From the UHGV virus genome UHGV-0143306: a stretch of 21,941 bases of DNA; one strand, given 5' to 3'. Position 1 is the first letter of the stretch. Each line of letters begins with the position of its first letter. Source of the DNA: a virus. Below the pieces are notes generated by a model. It did not search any database. It was not told the origin of the DNA and saw nothing but the letters and a program-made list of their open reading frames with translations. The translations under genes were made by a program, and so were the position numbers. This document shows, one piece after another, positions 9,887 through 20,486 of the stretch.

Positions 9887-10587
9887 CAGTCAATCAGCCC
9901 ATGTAATCTAAGTGCCGTTTCAAGCGCCAGAATACGCTGCCGCGCCTGCTGCAAACCTGTAGCGAGTGCTGCGACTTCGGATTGCGTGTACGTAGTGCCG
10001 ACAGTGTATGACTGGTTAGCGTTGAATGCGCCGAGGAGTGCCGTTCCGGTTGCCGCTGTCCATCCTGTCTGACGAGCACCGATAACCTTGGTGCCGCCGA
10101 CTGAATAGGATGTTGTTACGTTGAGGGGGGATGCCAGCGATTGTGTTGCTGTTGCTGTTTTCGATACGTAATCGTTCTGCAATGCAGAAATATTTCCTTC
10201 AGCCTCCGTCACTCTACCATCAAGAGCACTGACATCAGCCTGCAAGGTGACTATTTCACCTTCAGCCGTGGTTAGTCTGACATCCAGCGACGCGATTGCA
10301 TTGGTATTTGCAGTAATACGGATTTCATGGTCGTCTACGTCGATGCGGAGCTGACGAATTCTTTCTTCGTGATCGACCAGAATAACATCCTGCTCATCAT
10401 TCCTGACCTGTGCATCATAAGCGCCCTGTCCGGCCTCGTTGGCCTTGTTAGCCACGTTACCAACGTCAGTGCCCTGTGCGATAACGTAAAGCAGATACGA
10501 CTGCGAGAAGATATTGCGTGGAAGGACTGATGTGTCGAGCCGTGTAGCCTGAATGATTACCGGCACATTGAGATTCGAATCCGCCAT
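9886..10587 (-). CDS. Tail needle protein, P22 gp26 homologue, 233 aa
   Basis: [43 protein letters not shown]... closely matches P22 gp26 as recalled, and the length is identical (233 aa). Confidence 0.9.
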   Translation of the reverse strand: MADSNLNVPVIIQATRLDTSVLPRNIFSQSYLLYVIAQGTDVGNVANKANEAGQGAYDAQVRNDEQDVILVDHEERIRQLRIDVDDHEIRITANTNAIASLDVRLTTAEGEIVTLQADVSALDGRVTEAEGNISALQNDYVSKTATATQSLASPLNVTTSYSVGGTKVIGARQTGWTAATGTALLGAFNANQSYTVGTTYTQSEVAALATGLQQARQRILALETALRLHGLID

Positions 10588-12005
10588 TACTCAATCCTTA
10601 TCTGAGCGCCAGACAGAGTGACAGGTGACTTCGTGATAACGCGCAATTTGAAGCCGACATTTTTCCTGATGCGCCCGACTCGCTTCCACAAAACACGTTT
10701 GTCGTAAACGAACGGTTCATTCTGCTCAATCATCTGCTCACGTCCGTAATTGATGCCGTCAGTGGTTGCAGAGAGGAACAGGCGGTCAGCGTACTGCGCA
10801 ACTCCAGTTGACGATTCAACTTCAAGGTCGAAAACTCTGGCGTTATCCGCTTTGAACAGTGGAGTAAACAGCAGGTGTTCCTGTTGCTTGTCGTACTGGC
10901 TGCTGATGTCGAATTGCAATTTCCCGGTCACGGACTCCAGTTTATCGCCGCACGTTATCTGATTGCCTTCGTAAATGAAGTCGATAGCGCGGTACACATC
11001 GTCATACAGACCTGTTTTCAGCACACACCATTGCGGACCATTGGCGCTTGAAGATGCGTCGTACACGAGAACATGGCGCGGAAGGTGGATAATCAGCAAC
11101 TCATGAGCATCAAATCGCAGCGATTCCATCACACCATCAGCCAGTTCATCAGCAGTGTAGGAGCGGAGGATTTTCTCAATGCTCGCGCTGGCGATTGGTG
11201 ACACCTGACCGGAGCCGATGATGTATACAGACGGCGCACCCGTTGCCGGATTGCTGATGAACGCATAGGAATCAGCAAACGGCGTTTTGCAGTAAGTTCC
11301 GGCAATGCCTTTCTGCACCATCAGCGATGGCTGTGCGACATACAACGCGGCACCAACAGTGGTTGCACCAGTCAGGGAGAAATATTCAATCGTTGATGAA
11401 CCAAAGCAGACGATGAAGTCTCGCCATGTGCCGATACCGATGATGCCGTCCGGCTGCGATTCTGCGCGATATTGTGCGCTGTAACGGTCAGGATGCGATT
11501 CGTCTTCAAGGTCAGTGATAAACCATGAATCAGTGCCGTCTTTTGACCACGCATAACGCCCACGCAAGCGCGTAATGTCACGAACCGAACCTAACTCATA
11601 CTGCGTGAATCCGCTGTCCGTAGGCCAGTTTGAGACGGTTTTAACCGTGCCATCATAACGATACTCGATCAGTTGACCATTAACGCCTACCGCCTGTGAT
11701 GTCCGACCATGCGCCATTGATACGCGACCACTTCCGGCAACATCACCGACTTCACTTTCTCCTTTGTACAGTTTGCCACCACACACGCGATAAACAGCAC
11801 TCTGCGCCATGTTGTACTCGACGCCTCGAGATATACCGTTCACATCAGAACGTTTGGCAATGCCCGGGAATGAGCGAAGATATCCGCTGCTGTTCAGGAT
11901 TTCTTTGGGTGTAGCCAGCATATTCACTGGGAGATAGTCGATATAGTCGGCGTTTCGAAAGTCTTTGCCGACACCTTTCATAAGCGGAAGTTGCTGAATC
12001 GGCAT
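10587..12005 (-). CDS. Tail accessory / head-completion protein, P22 gp10 homologue, 472 aa
   Basis: [37 protein letters not shown]... matches P22 gp10 as recalled; same length (472 aa). Confidence 0.85.
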   Translation of the reverse strand: MPIQQLPLMKGVGKDFRNADYIDYLPVNMLATPKEILNSSGYLRSFPGIAKRSDVNGISRGVEYNMAQSAVYRVCGGKLYKGESEVGDVAGSGRVSMAHGRTSQAVGVNGQLIEYRYDGTVKTVSNWPTDSGFTQYELGSVRDITRLRGRYAWSKDGTDSWFITDLEDESHPDRYSAQYRAESQPDGIIGIGTWRDFIVCFGSSTIEYFSLTGATTVGAALYVAQPSLMVQKGIAGTYCKTPFADSYAFISNPATGAPSVYIIGSGQVSPIASASIEKILRSYTADELADGVMESLRFDAHELLIIHLPRHVLVYDASSSANGPQWCVLKTGLYDDVYRAIDFIYEGNQITCGDKLESVTGKLQFDISSQYDKQQEHLLFTPLFKADNARVFDLEVESSTGVAQYADRLFLSATTDGINYGREQMIEQNEPFVYDKRVLWKRVGRIRKNVGFKLRVITKSPVTLSGAQIRIE

Positions 12006-12506
12006 TTATTCGCCCCCGTTATCGCAAGGTTCCTTCCGGTGGAAGTAATTCCAACCATTCCACTTCGCCAACTGGTTACCGCTACCAACAGGCATACGGT
12101 TTGGATAACCGGACTTACATTTAGCGGCTTTTGCTCTGTCCATTGCAGACAGTTTGACGAGTCGCTCTTTCCCGTATCTGGCAGTGGTTATAAGTTTTGC
12201 TGGCGCTTCCAGCGCATAATCTGGAGCAATGCGGCAGGCAAGGTTGAAAATGACGGCATTTATAGCGTTATTTGATAATCCGTGCTCATCGCCAGGATCC
12301 GGAGCAACATCTGCATCAGCAAAAATGTAGCCAACGTTGATACCAGGTGACGCATCACCGCCAAGCCATTCAGCCATCATCATTTCAAGGTCGTTGACGC
12401 CGTCTTCCATAGACTGCGGTTCGACATCGGTTAACGTGGCATTTGATGCAACACCGAGCTTACGTAATGCTGCAAGGACTAAATCACCCTTCGTTGTCAG
12501 GTTCAT
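12006..12506 (-). CDS. Tail accessory factor, P22 gp4 homologue, 166 aa
   Basis: From the internal Met: [33 protein letters not shown]... matches P22 gp4 ([33 protein letters not shown]... as recalled), 166 aa as in P22. The track ORF's upstream extension (SQ repeat) is judged spurious. Confidence 0.85.
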   Translation of the reverse strand: MNLTTKGDLVLAALRKLGVASNATLTDVEPQSMEDGVNDLEMMMAEWLGGDASPGINVGYIFADADVAPDPGDEHGLSNNAINAVIFNLACRIAPDYALEAPAKLITTARYGKERLVKLSAMDRAKAAKCKSGYPNRMPVGSGNQLAKWNGWNYFHRKEPCDNGGE

Positions 12507-12744
12507 CTGCTGCCGCCTTAGGTTTTCGACCAGGCTTTTTACGCTGTTTTTCTTCTGGCTCTGGCTCTGGCTCTGGCTCTGGCTCTGACTCTGACTCTGC
12601 AACATCCTTCAGAAGGTCATCGGGATGTGCAAACCAGCCAGCATCCAGATATTCCTGAAGCTCTTCGGCTTTCACGATTTCAAAGTCGTATCCAACGCCT
12701 TTCCACTTCTTCATGTCTCCATGACGAAAGATCATGTGTGTCAT
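12484..12744 (-). CDS. Hypothetical small acidic protein, 86 aa, with an (E-P)/(S-E) repeat and a basic C-terminal tail
   Basis: Start chosen at the ATG at 12744, which has GGAG 6 nt upstream and lies just downstream of the coat terminator. Translation [16 protein letters not shown]...[28 protein letters not shown]. Overlaps the gp4 start by 23 nt. Confidence 0.5.
   Translation of the reverse strand: MTHMIFRHGDMKKWKGVGYDFEIVKAEELQEYLDAGWFAHPDDLLKDVAESESEPEPEPEPEPEEKQRKKPGRKPKAAADEPDNEG
12555..12599. repeat. Hexanucleotide tandem repeat: CTGGCT x5, CTGACT x2, plus CTG (45 bp)
   Basis: Counted directly in the sequence. In the small acidic ORF's frame on the minus strand it encodes [15 protein letters not shown]. 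Confidence 0.95.
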
Positions 12745-12758
12745 GCTTGTCTCCAGAT

Positions 12759-12780
12759 AAAAAAGGGAGCCGAAGCTCCC
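12759..12780 (-). terminator. Intrinsic terminator just downstream of the coat gene
   Basis: On the minus-strand RNA: GGGAGC-UUCG-GCUCCC (6-bp stem, UUCG tetraloop) followed by UUUUUU, starting 8 nt after the coat stop codon. Confidence 0.7.
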
Positions 12781-12788
12781 TCTGGTTA

Positions 12789-14084
12789 TCACGCGGTCTG
12801 GTTAGGCAGACCAACACCAATTGCCTCTGGTCGTACAGCACATGCTGAATACCACACAGCAATACGGCACTTACCAGACAGAGTATTGATATCACCCTGC
12901 GTTGCGAAGATGCCGTTAACACCAATACCAGGAATGCTGAAGGAAGAAGTTTTCATGCCAGCAAACAGTTCATGGGTTACCGGGATCGGCTGAGACAGCA
13001 GACGGATTGAGTCATCAGCCCAGAACACGTTAGCGGTGGTTGTTGCCACGTTCAGAACGTTTACCGGAGTGGCATCAGCAAGATGGGTGTTTACGTTAGC
13101 GTAAGCCTTCTCTTCTTTTGTCAGTGACGCGTCATCCAGCGCAATCGGCTTCGGCGTGATTTCGATGTGAGTACCATCGATCACACGGGTGATTGAGAAA
13201 GTCGCATCATCAGTCAGCACGTTCTTCGCCATCTGAGACAGGAATTTCACACCAGTGAAGCTGATTTTGTCGCCGCGCTTAAATCCGGTGGTGGAGGATA
13301 CGGTCACCGTTGCAACACGGTTATCGACGTTCTCTTTGTTACCATCGGTATCAAGGGTGTATGCCTGCGGCTTAAACTTCTGCGCACCAGAAACAGTTAC
13401 ACCAGTAGCGGTTGACTTGGTAACTGCGGGAAGTTTCGGTGAGCGAAGAATTTCATCAAAGCCAGCAATCTGACGCTGAATAGTACCGTTGTGATACGCG
13501 TCTTCAGTAACGCGCCCGAAGATGTCACCATCTACCAGGTTGCGGCCTGCTTTGCGGTAATCGTCAGGGTTCAGGAAGTAACTGATGCCCATATCGCGGT
13601 TTAGCTCACGGGAGAACATCAGGCGCTCTGCATCAGACACAAAATCCCAGCCAGACAGGCCAGTAGATGGACCAATTGCGCGGGTATCGTGAACAACAAG
13701 CGAGCCCATTTCAGTTGCCTGTTTGGCAATTGCTGACTCAATGTTATTCGCCAGTTTTTTGGCGGATGCCTGGATGCGACGACGGTAAGAACGCTCATCA
13801 CGCAGGTCATCTGCACGAAGCTCGAAGAAATCGTTATCCGGATCGCCCATGTTGCATTTCACGGAGAGTTCCAGAATCCCGGTTGCGTTGCCAGTTAAAT
13901 CCCAGCCAGTCTGAGTTGGCGCTTCCTGCTCAACAGGCATCCACACGGTGTTGCTTGAACGTTGCATGGACTCTGCCGGAGGGGTGTATTTTGTCACTTT
14001 GGACGCCATTGGCGTCAGATTCTGGACGGTTTCGATGATTTCATCCAGAGCATACGTGACCAGTTGACCTTCATTTAATGCCAT
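12789..14084 (-). CDS. Major capsid (coat) protein, P22 gp5 homologue, 431 aa
   Basis: [54 protein letters not shown]... closely matches the P22 coat protein as recalled (430 aa in P22). Confidence 0.95.
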   Translation of the reverse strand: MALNEGQLVTYALDEIIETVQNLTPMASKVTKYTPPAESMQRSSNTVWMPVEQEAPTQTGWDLTGNATGILELSVKCNMGDPDNDFFELRADDLRDERSYRRRIQASAKKLANNIESAIAKQATEMGSLVVHDTRAIGPSTGLSGWDFVSDAERLMFSRELNRDMGISYFLNPDDYRKAGRNLVDGDIFGRVTEDAYHNGTIQRQIAGFDEILRSPKLPAVTKSTATGVTVSGAQKFKPQAYTLDTDGNKENVDNRVATVTVSSTTGFKRGDKISFTGVKFLSQMAKNVLTDDATFSITRVIDGTHIEITPKPIALDDASLTKEEKAYANVNTHLADATPVNVLNVATTTANVFWADDSIRLLSQPIPVTHELFAGMKTSSFSIPGIGVNGIFATQGDINTLSGKCRIAVWYSACAVRPEAIGVGLPNQTA

Positions 14085-14995
14085 TATCGAATTCCTTTAT
14101 TCAGTTGCGCCTTAAGCTTGCGGTACGTCTCTACATCCCCTTTGTTTGCTGCCGCTTCCATCTGCTTTTCAATCGCAGAGATATTTGCAGCAACAGCGTG
14201 TCCCTGAATGGGTTCATCAGGTAGCGGGGCTTCTGAAACAGGTTTGGCTCGAGGCTTGAGAGTTAAACGTTCTGACAGTCGAGTGAGTTCAATCAACGCG
14301 GATTGCCCGTCCATCGCCAGCAACTGGCGTGTCTTCTCAGGATTAGCACCAAGGTGATACATGAGAGCAGCGGATTTCTCCGGGAAGAGGCGCATGATGT
14401 CGGCACCGACTGCTGGCGGCACCAGTTGCATGAATGCATCCTCTTTCTCCTGATAGTCAGGGATATTGAGCTTTTCCGCTGCGTCGTAGTGCTTACGGGC
14501 TGCCTCGACGTATTGCGCTGATTGCTGGGTGAACTCCTGAGTTTTGCGGCCCTGCTCGGCTACAGCCTGGCTTCGTGCGTCCATAGCCTTGATCTGCCAT
14601 TCACTGTTTGCATGCTGGAAGGCAGCCAGTGCGCGGCTCTGGTCATAGTCGTACTTAGCCAGTGCGTCTTCGGAAAGATAATCGTTAGGGTCTGGTTGTT
14701 TTGGTAACTCAGGGTTCACCCGCAGGTGCTCCGGCAACTCTCCACGCTTAACCGCTTCCATCTGCTGCTCAAGCTCGCGCTGGCGTTTGCGTTCGATGCG
14801 GCGACGGGCAAATTCAGCATTAGTTGCCGGGTCTTGTTTTGGTTTCTCATCGTCTTTCAGGACAATCTCGAAGCCTTCTTCCTGACCTGCGTTGTCGTTG
14901 GCATTATCGACAACTAAGCCATCAGCAGATGCCGCTGCATGATTGCCGGGCAGGGTTAATTCTTCAGAAGCCTGAATGTCGGTGGTTTGGTCCAT
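14084..14995 (-). CDS. Scaffolding protein, P22 gp8 homologue, 303 aa
   Basis: Near-identical to P22 gp8 as recalled (...[18 protein letters not shown]...[10 protein letters not shown]...), and the same length (303 aa). Confidence 0.93.
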   Translation of the reverse strand: MDQTTDIQASEELTLPGNHAAASADGLVVDNANDNAGQEEGFEIVLKDDEKPKQDPATNAEFARRRIERKRQRELEQQMEAVKRGELPEHLRVNPELPKQPDPNDYLSEDALAKYDYDQSRALAAFQHANSEWQIKAMDARSQAVAEQGRKTQEFTQQSAQYVEAARKHYDAAEKLNIPDYQEKEDAFMQLVPPAVGADIMRLFPEKSAALMYHLGANPEKTRQLLAMDGQSALIELTRLSERLTLKPRAKPVSEAPLPDEPIQGHAVAANISAIEKQMEAAANKGDVETYRKLKAQLNKGIR

Positions 14996-15008
14996 GATTA
15001 ACTCTCTC

Positions 15009-17177
15009 TTATTGAGGTGTCTCGGCTACTCCGCCGGAGGGGATTTGAACTTGACGCATAAGATTCGCGAAATCCATGCGTTGTGAATGAGTCTGGTCTG
15101 CATCTTTAAGAAGCAGCTCAGCGTTAGCACGAGCATCTTTGCTGCGCTGTTGCTGGAATTGACCTACGAGCTTGAGGTACTCACGCAGTTCTGCCTGCTT
15201 GTCGAGGTCCATATTGTTGAAGATTTCTGCAATCTTCGCGGCATTGAGTTGGTTTTGGGCTTCAACCTTGGCGGCTTCAACCTGAATCTGCGCCTGTTGG
15301 TTCTCTGCCTTGAGCAATTCAGCCTGACCTTGCAGAAGGATACCCTGCGCCTGAATTTGCTCTGCTGATGGCTGCTGCGGCTGTTGTTGTGCCTGCTGTA
15401 CCATCTCCATCTCTTCAGGTGTTTCTGGTTTCTTCAGCCCCATCATCACCAGTTGCTTGTTCGCGTACTCTCGCATCATCTCGACTCCTTTACCGTCAAG
15501 CAGCGTGAAGTATTGCAGCATCAGCATCTGGAACTCTGGAGTACCTTGCGGAACCTTGGTGAGCAACTCCTGAATCTCTGCGCGGTTCTGTTCCTTCATA
15601 CTCTGGAAGGATGGTCCGACGTCTGTATAGCACTCATAGCGACCGCGAATGTCGTTGAGTGTGACCACATTGCCGGACTGGTAATCGACAACTTGCGCAT
15701 AGAGTTGAACGTCTTTCTCGCTTCCATCTTCAAGTGTCAGCGTTACATGACGAGGAACGTCATAAATATCGTTGACCATTGAGGCATAAATCTCGCCATC
15801 ACGTCGCATTGCGGTAGCCAGGTTATCCTGAAACACGTATGTCTCAAGGTCTGCCCGCATGTTCAGTTGATTGACGGTATCAAAAGCGACCTGACCATTT
15901 GCCGCCTGCGCATCCACGCCAAGACTAGCCACTTCTTTCACTGCGTTGGTGGCAGCCTCAAGCATGTAAGCGTTGGCTTGCGGCACTTCAGGGTTTTCCA
16001 TGTAGGAGATTGGACCAATCGGCAGGTCGCTACCGTTTTCATCGGTCCTGTTCTGCAGATAGTACGGATAGTCATCATTTCCACCGTACATGTATTCGTA
16101 GCCTTCGATTTGCTCAGGGAAGAAGGTCGGTTTCTTCTTCGGTGAGCGAGCAACAATATCGGCGTTGAATGACATGATCATGTTACGAAGGCGTTGACCG
16201 TCTTTCGTCAGCCTTACCACGCCCTCGTAGCACTCCTTGTCACCAGCGAATGACCATTCGCCGTACACAGGAACGATTGGGATATGCTCTCCGGCTATCT
16301 TCTCGCGGTCTTTCAGTATCTGCGTGCAGGTGATGATCGACTTATACACACGCCGACGCTTGACCTTACGCTCTGCTACCTTAATGAATCCACGATTAGC
16401 CAGGTCGTCGATGACGTCTTTGATATCCTGCTGGTAATAGCTGACCGGCTCACCTGTCAGCGGGTCGCGGTAGATGAAGACTTTCTCTTTCTTCTCTTCG
16501 ACCTCGTAATACTCAGCGACGTAGACGACATCATTCGATACCCACGGAAACAGCCATGTGTCGTTCGGATTCTGGAAAGATGGCAGGGTGTCCGGATCAA
16601 TACCGTAATCCTCTGCGAACTCTTTCCAGCCATTGCGTGACAAAGCGTTAATCACCGTGCAGTGCTTAGCGTCGCTCTTATCCATCTGCTTGCTATTGGC
16701 GTCCCATATGACGTGTGAGCAGGCTTCATGGATTGGAAGGCGTCGGATTACCTGATTGTTGCTTGTTGGGTCGTTGTCTTCGTACTGCGTGACCAGACGC
16801 CATGCGCCAACGCCAGACTCTATCTGCTCACGAACGCCAACGTTAACGGCAATTTTTGCCGTGTTATGGCGCATATCAGTACGATACATCCCCATCAGCA
16901 CATCGGCAGCATCAGGATTAGCGCCGTCTTTTGGTCTGAAGAGAACGTCGATAGGGTTCCGGCGCATCTCTGCGACCAGCTTCCTGACCACCGGGCGAAC
17001 AACATCGAATTGGCCGCGATATTGCAGGGTCGTGTAGTTTGATAGCCAGTCATCCCATTGCGACACTCGGCTAAAATACAGGTCATTTGTCGCCTCGGTT
17101 CTGGCTTCATCGCTCGCCATCCAGTCCGCGTCAAACCGAAGGAGAATGGTTCGCAATTTGTCGTCTTGGTCGGCCAT
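15009..17177 (-). CDS. Portal protein, P22 gp1 homologue, 722 aa
   Basis: ...[35 protein letters not shown]... matches P22 gp1 as recalled (725 aa in P22), including the Gln-rich C-terminal barrel region. Confidence 0.95.
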   Translation of the reverse strand: MADQDDKLRTILLRFDADWMASDEARTEATNDLYFSRVSQWDDWLSNYTTLQYRGQFDVVRPVVRKLVAEMRRNPIDVLFRPKDGANPDAADVLMGMYRTDMRHNTAKIAVNVGVREQIESGVGAWRLVTQYEDNDPTSNNQVIRRLPIHEACSHVIWDANSKQMDKSDAKHCTVINALSRNGWKEFAEDYGIDPDTLPSFQNPNDTWLFPWVSNDVVYVAEYYEVEEKKEKVFIYRDPLTGEPVSYYQQDIKDVIDDLANRGFIKVAERKVKRRRVYKSIITCTQILKDREKIAGEHIPIVPVYGEWSFAGDKECYEGVVRLTKDGQRLRNMIMSFNADIVARSPKKKPTFFPEQIEGYEYMYGGNDDYPYYLQNRTDENGSDLPIGPISYMENPEVPQANAYMLEAATNAVKEVASLGVDAQAANGQVAFDTVNQLNMRADLETYVFQDNLATAMRRDGEIYASMVNDIYDVPRHVTLTLEDGSEKDVQLYAQVVDYQSGNVVTLNDIRGRYECYTDVGPSFQSMKEQNRAEIQELLTKVPQGTPEFQMLMLQYFTLLDGKGVEMMREYANKQLVMMGLKKPETPEEMEMVQQAQQQPQQPSAEQIQAQGILLQGQAELLKAENQQAQIQVEAAKVEAQNQLNAAKIAEIFNNMDLDKQAELREYLKLVGQFQQQRSKDARANAELLLKDADQTHSQRMDFANLMRQVQIPSGGVAETPQ

Positions 17178-18637
17178 TATCTACCTCTGGAAATTGGACG
17201 AATTGGAGCCGGTAATGGCTTAGTTGGTTTGTTTTTGACTACCGGGAATGCAAACGTCAGGGCTAACGCATCAGCGCGGTTTGGTGAAGGAACCCCACGG
17301 CGCTTCATGTCCTCTTTGGCCTCAAGGACGATGCGCCCATCGAGCTTAACCCTGTACTCAGGAGCAACGATTTCGTCAGCTGTTTGCTGATCATCGATAC
17401 TTCCCCCTTCTTTGAGCCATGACTTCATTGAGTTCCACATCTCACCGCGCTTGTTCAGCATGCCGGGGTCTTTGGATTCACCCCCAAAGTTAACCAGCTG
17501 CCACTTCCTTCCCCACGACCTACCTATTGAGTGAATTCCGGTGCCATACCCGAAGTCTATGAACACTGCATCTGCCTTATGCTCATCCTCAAATCCTGCG
17601 ACGATTTGCGCGAACTTAACGTCGTCATCTGTTTTCGGGTAGGTGCCAAGCAGGCGCGCATGAAGACCCTGGCGAAGGTAAATTGATGCCTCATCACTAC
17701 CTGTGTAAGCAGGGTCAACGCCGATTATTTTGGATGCGAATGTGTAAGACCCGGGCTCAAGCGTGCGAGACATGGCCTCATCCACATATGCCTGAGGTAT
17801 GAACTGGACTTCTGATGTCGATGGGAATAGACCGCGAACACGTACTTTAAAGAAGTCGCTGTCTTCACCGTAATCCTTGCGCCACTCTTCGATGAGCTCT
17901 TTGTTGGTCATCTTTGCCAGGCGGCTATCAATTTGACGTCGACGCCATCGGTGTTTGAACTTGCGGAAGCACTCTCGGAATCGACCGGTGTTACGGGTCG
18001 GGTTCCCAAATGCAAACCAGAAAGGCTCGCCGTCAGTAAGGCCGCCCTCTGCTACTTCCCAAATTTTGTCAGGAACCGCTGAGGCTTCATCGAAGATGTA
18101 GAACGGGCTTGAGTTAGCTGCATGCAGGCCAGCAAATGACTCGCTGTTCTCTTCCCGACACGTCTGGCCGTCACAGCGCCATGATTCCATGTGATCCACA
18201 TGGTAGATGTTCATGTTGCCTTTGCCGTTGTTGTACTCAAACCAGTGACCAGTGATGCACCGCTTCTTCCACTTGCCCAGCTCGCCCCATGTTTTGGTGC
18301 GAAGCTGTTCAGAGGTATTGGCTGTCACGACGCCCTTGCAGAAAGGACGAGTGCTGAGGATGTACAGAATGACCCAGGCAGTTAGAGCACTTTTACCGAT
18401 ACCGTGACCAGAGCTGGTAGCGCAACGATAGGCTTCAACAGGTTTAACACCGTCGAAGTTATTAGTCCTGATTGCGTCTCCCCAATCTGTCAGAAACTCT
18501 TTCTGCCATTCATCGGGTCCGTCAAAGCCCTCAAGCTCACCAGTTCCCCAATCAAACGCATACATAACGAAGCCAAGCGGATCGTAAAAGAATCGCCCCA
18601 TATCATCGGCAAGCATTGCCTCGAATTCTGACGACAT
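17177..18637 (-). CDS. Terminase large subunit, 486 aa
   Basis: Walker A-like motif SGHGIGKS near the N-terminus; positioned between small terminase and portal with overlapping stop/start codons. Confidence 0.92.
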   Translation of the reverse strand: MSSEFEAMLADDMGRFFYDPLGFVMYAFDWGTGELEGFDGPDEWQKEFLTDWGDAIRTNNFDGVKPVEAYRCATSSGHGIGKSALTAWVILYILSTRPFCKGVVTANTSEQLRTKTWGELGKWKKRCITGHWFEYNNGKGNMNIYHVDHMESWRCDGQTCREENSESFAGLHAANSSPFYIFDEASAVPDKIWEVAEGGLTDGEPFWFAFGNPTRNTGRFRECFRKFKHRWRRRQIDSRLAKMTNKELIEEWRKDYGEDSDFFKVRVRGLFPSTSEVQFIPQAYVDEAMSRTLEPGSYTFASKIIGVDPAYTGSDEASIYLRQGLHARLLGTYPKTDDDVKFAQIVAGFEDEHKADAVFIDFGYGTGIHSIGRSWGRKWQLVNFGGESKDPGMLNKRGEMWNSMKSWLKEGGSIDDQQTADEIVAPEYRVKLDGRIVLEAKEDMKRRGVPSPNRADALALTFAFPVVKNKPTKPLPAPIRPISRGR

Positions 18638-19074
18638 TACTCACCTCTCGCGCGTTTTCTGGCCTCCTGAATGCGCTGAATCAGGTTAACCTCTCCGGTG
18701 TGTTCAACTTCTTGCTTATCGCGCCATTTATCCTTCTGTCGGTTCTTAAGCCAGAAGATGGCAGCGGTTGTATCAGGCGGGTAATACTTCTCAAGCGGAG
18801 TTTCGACAATTCTGTTTTCAATAACACGAATATCGATGTCTGGAGCCACGAAGCCCATAGCGCGTTGATAAAGACGATCACTAACTTCTGCATCAGCGAC
18901 GGCCTTACCCTTTTTTATGGACTCTAAAAACTCCGGATATTCCAATTTCCAATTGTTGATTGTTGCCTCGCTAACTTCAAAGAAGTCCGCGAGTTCGGCG
19001 TCTGTATAGCCCAGCAAGCACAGTTTGCGTGCCTGTTCGGCATACGCCTCTTGATACTTCGTTGGGCGCGCCAT
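18637..19074 (-). CDS. Terminase small subunit with N-terminal helix-turn-helix, 145 aa; not P22 gp3-like
   Basis: Immediately upstream of and overlapping the large terminase gene. N-terminal HTH-like segment LGYTDAELADFFEVSEATINNWK. Does not resemble P22 gp3 as I recall it. Confidence 0.72.
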   Translation of the reverse strand: MARPTKYQEAYAEQARKLCLLGYTDAELADFFEVSEATINNWKLEYPEFLESIKKGKAVADAEVSDRLYQRAMGFVAPDIDIRVIENRIVETPLEKYYPPDTTAAIFWLKNRQKDKWRDKQEVEHTGEVNLIQRIQEARKRARGE

Positions 19075-19076
19075 GT

Positions 19077-19319
19077 TTATGCTCCGGTAGTGAACAGGTC
19101 TAACGCTTCCTTCGATTTACGCACCGCTTCGATAGTTCGGGTCGTGATATCTGAATTAGCGCCACCTGACTGGAAGTGAATTTTGAATAGCTCAAGCTTC
19201 AACTCGTCAGTACCAATGAACTGAAATGCTTCTTCTGCGGCTGCGTTCTGGTTCATGACCAGTTTATATATCTCTAACTGGAATTTCTGTTCTTCAGTCA
19301 TGGGAATAATCTCTGCCAT
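19077..19319 (-). CDS. Hypothetical protein, 80 aa, immediately upstream of the terminase genes
   Basis: GGAG 8 nt upstream of the ATG; 2-nt gap to the small terminase start; acidic, helical-looking translation. Same size and position as the P22 80-codon ORF as I recall it. Confidence 0.55.
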   Translation of the reverse strand: MAEIIPMTEEQKFQLEIYKLVMNQNAAAEEAFQFIGTDELKLELFKIHFQSGGANSDITTRTIEAVRKSKEALDLFTTGA

Positions 19320-19619
19320 TGTTGGCTCCGTTTATCCGTTAAAAGGGATATCAGTTAAGTTATCCCGTGTAGGGTATAAGCCATTGTCGAGACCACTCAT
19401 TGAATGGTCTCTGCAATAACCGATGTCTTTCCATCAGTCCGCCACCACAAAGAATCTTTTTTGCCATAAGGCTGGAGGTTCATCTTTCAGTGGCTGCCAG
19501 TGTTATTTCCCCACTTACTGGCTTGGGTTGTTTCGCTGTACTGCCGTTAATTAGTGACCAGAAATTAACTCCGGTTTCATTATCAAGCCCACCCGTAGAT
19601 GGGCTTTGTAATGACATCT

Positions 19620-20144
19620 TCAATTAATCAGCAGTTCAGGCTGTGTCACCTGCAAGATGTATTCATGCTCGACAGTCAGGACACGCTTCTCTTTCTTCCG
19701 TTCGTTCATTAACCGACTGCCGATCGTACCTTTCAGCTTTGAGCGTGTTTCTTTGATGGCGTAGCGGTGCTGCATTTCTTCGCCAATTGCCATGCGGCGG
19801 CTCAGTTGTTCTGCCATCCAGTTGAATGCTGCGATATAGCTCTCCTTGATTGCCGCAGCAGCTTTCCCGGTGAACCCCATCACAACCATGATCCAGCCAT
19901 CTTTCGTCAGGCTGTACATCGGGCGAACCTTGCCCTGCTCATCGATATAATCAGCCGACGCAAAATTGCGTTGGCTAAACTCACGCGAGCAATCAGCCTT
20001 AACCTGCTCGATTTTCCTGAGAACATCACCGTGTCGCTTGCCGAAGTACTTGGCAATTTTTCTGGATGTGGTAACGACCTCTCCGTTTTTGGCTTGCACC
20101 ATTTCTCGGAAGTCGAAGGCTGGAATAACTGAATGATTATTCAT
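19620..20144 (-). CDS. rha: Rha-family phage regulatory protein, 174 aa
   Basis: From the internal Met: MNNHSVIPAFDFREMVQAKNGEVVTTSRKIAKYFGKRHGDVLRKI...MYSLTKDGWIMVVMGFTGKAAAAIKESYIAAFNWM fits Rha-family motifs as recalled. The track ORF's N-terminal extension would span a terminator and is judged spurious. Confidence 0.78.
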   Translation of the reverse strand: MNNHSVIPAFDFREMVQAKNGEVVTTSRKIAKYFGKRHGDVLRKIEQVKADCSREFSQRNFASADYIDEQGKVRPMYSLTKDGWIMVVMGFTGKAAAAIKESYIAAFNWMAEQLSRRMAIGEEMQHRYAIKETRSKLKGTIGSRLMNERKKEKRVLTVEHEYILQVTQPELLIN

Positions 20145-20286
20145 AGCGTCTTTACCTTTTAGAAAGTGAGCCTGTCTCACAGAAAAGCCGCCCGAGAGAG
20201 GTCGCCACCTATAACGGCATTTCTCAGGCTCGCTTACTGAAAGGCTCTCGTTAATATGCGCGTGAGATGCGCTGTGAAATTCAGAT

Positions 20287-20311
20287 ATAAAAAGCCCCGC
20301 GAATGCGAGGC
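20287..20311 (-). terminator. Intrinsic terminator downstream of the lysis cassette
   Basis: On the minus-strand RNA: GCCUCGC-AUUC-GCGGGGC (7-bp GC-rich stem with one G-U pair) followed by UUUUUAU, about 175 nt after the Rz stop. Confidence 0.6.
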
Positions 20312-20486
20312 TAAATCCTGGTATTTGTAATGAACTGGCTCTTATCTCAACGCAGCCCCTTACTGCGCGCCAGATGCTCAATATCAAGCATCAGCAATGA
20401 GATGTTTAATCTGGATTTACTCCAGAAGTGATCACCACCCTGTCTACAGAGCCAGATGTGAAGGATGATGAGTAAAATTATCGCTA

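Noticed and set aside
9566-10072. 168-aa plus-strand ORF antisense to the gp14-position gene and gp26; similar antisense ORFs at 600-938, 3246-4203, 13667-14038, 15384-15782 and 16284-16640
   Set aside because: All lie inside strongly supported CDSs on the opposite strand, lack RBSs and have Arg/Cys/Ser-rich compositions typical of antisense frames in GC-balanced coding DNA.
12555-12599. Possible CRISPR or other defence-related repeat array
   Set aside because: It is a simple 6-bp tandem repeat with no spacers, lying inside a coding region; it is not a CRISPR array.
12507-12605. N-terminal extension of the gp4 ORF encoding (Ser-Gln)8
   Set aside because: P22 gp4 is 166 aa and begins at the equivalent of the internal Met at 12506. 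The extension is the hexamer repeat read in the wrong frame and has no RBS.
12745-12792. Upstream start at 12792 for the small acidic ORF (102-aa version)
   Set aside because: The extension would be translated through the coat terminator hairpin and overlaps the coat stop; the ATG at 12744 has a properly spaced GGAG.
19400-19627. 75-aa plus-strand ORF in the rha/orf80 intergenic region
   Set aside because: Low-complexity Ser/Pro/Leu/Cys-rich translation, no RBS, and it overlaps the inverted-repeat structures; more likely non-coding.
20145-20387. N-terminal 81-codon extension of the Rha ORF (255-aa version)
   Set aside because: The extension spans an intrinsic terminator and has non-protein-like composition; the Rha homology begins at the internal Met at 20144, which has an upstream RBS.
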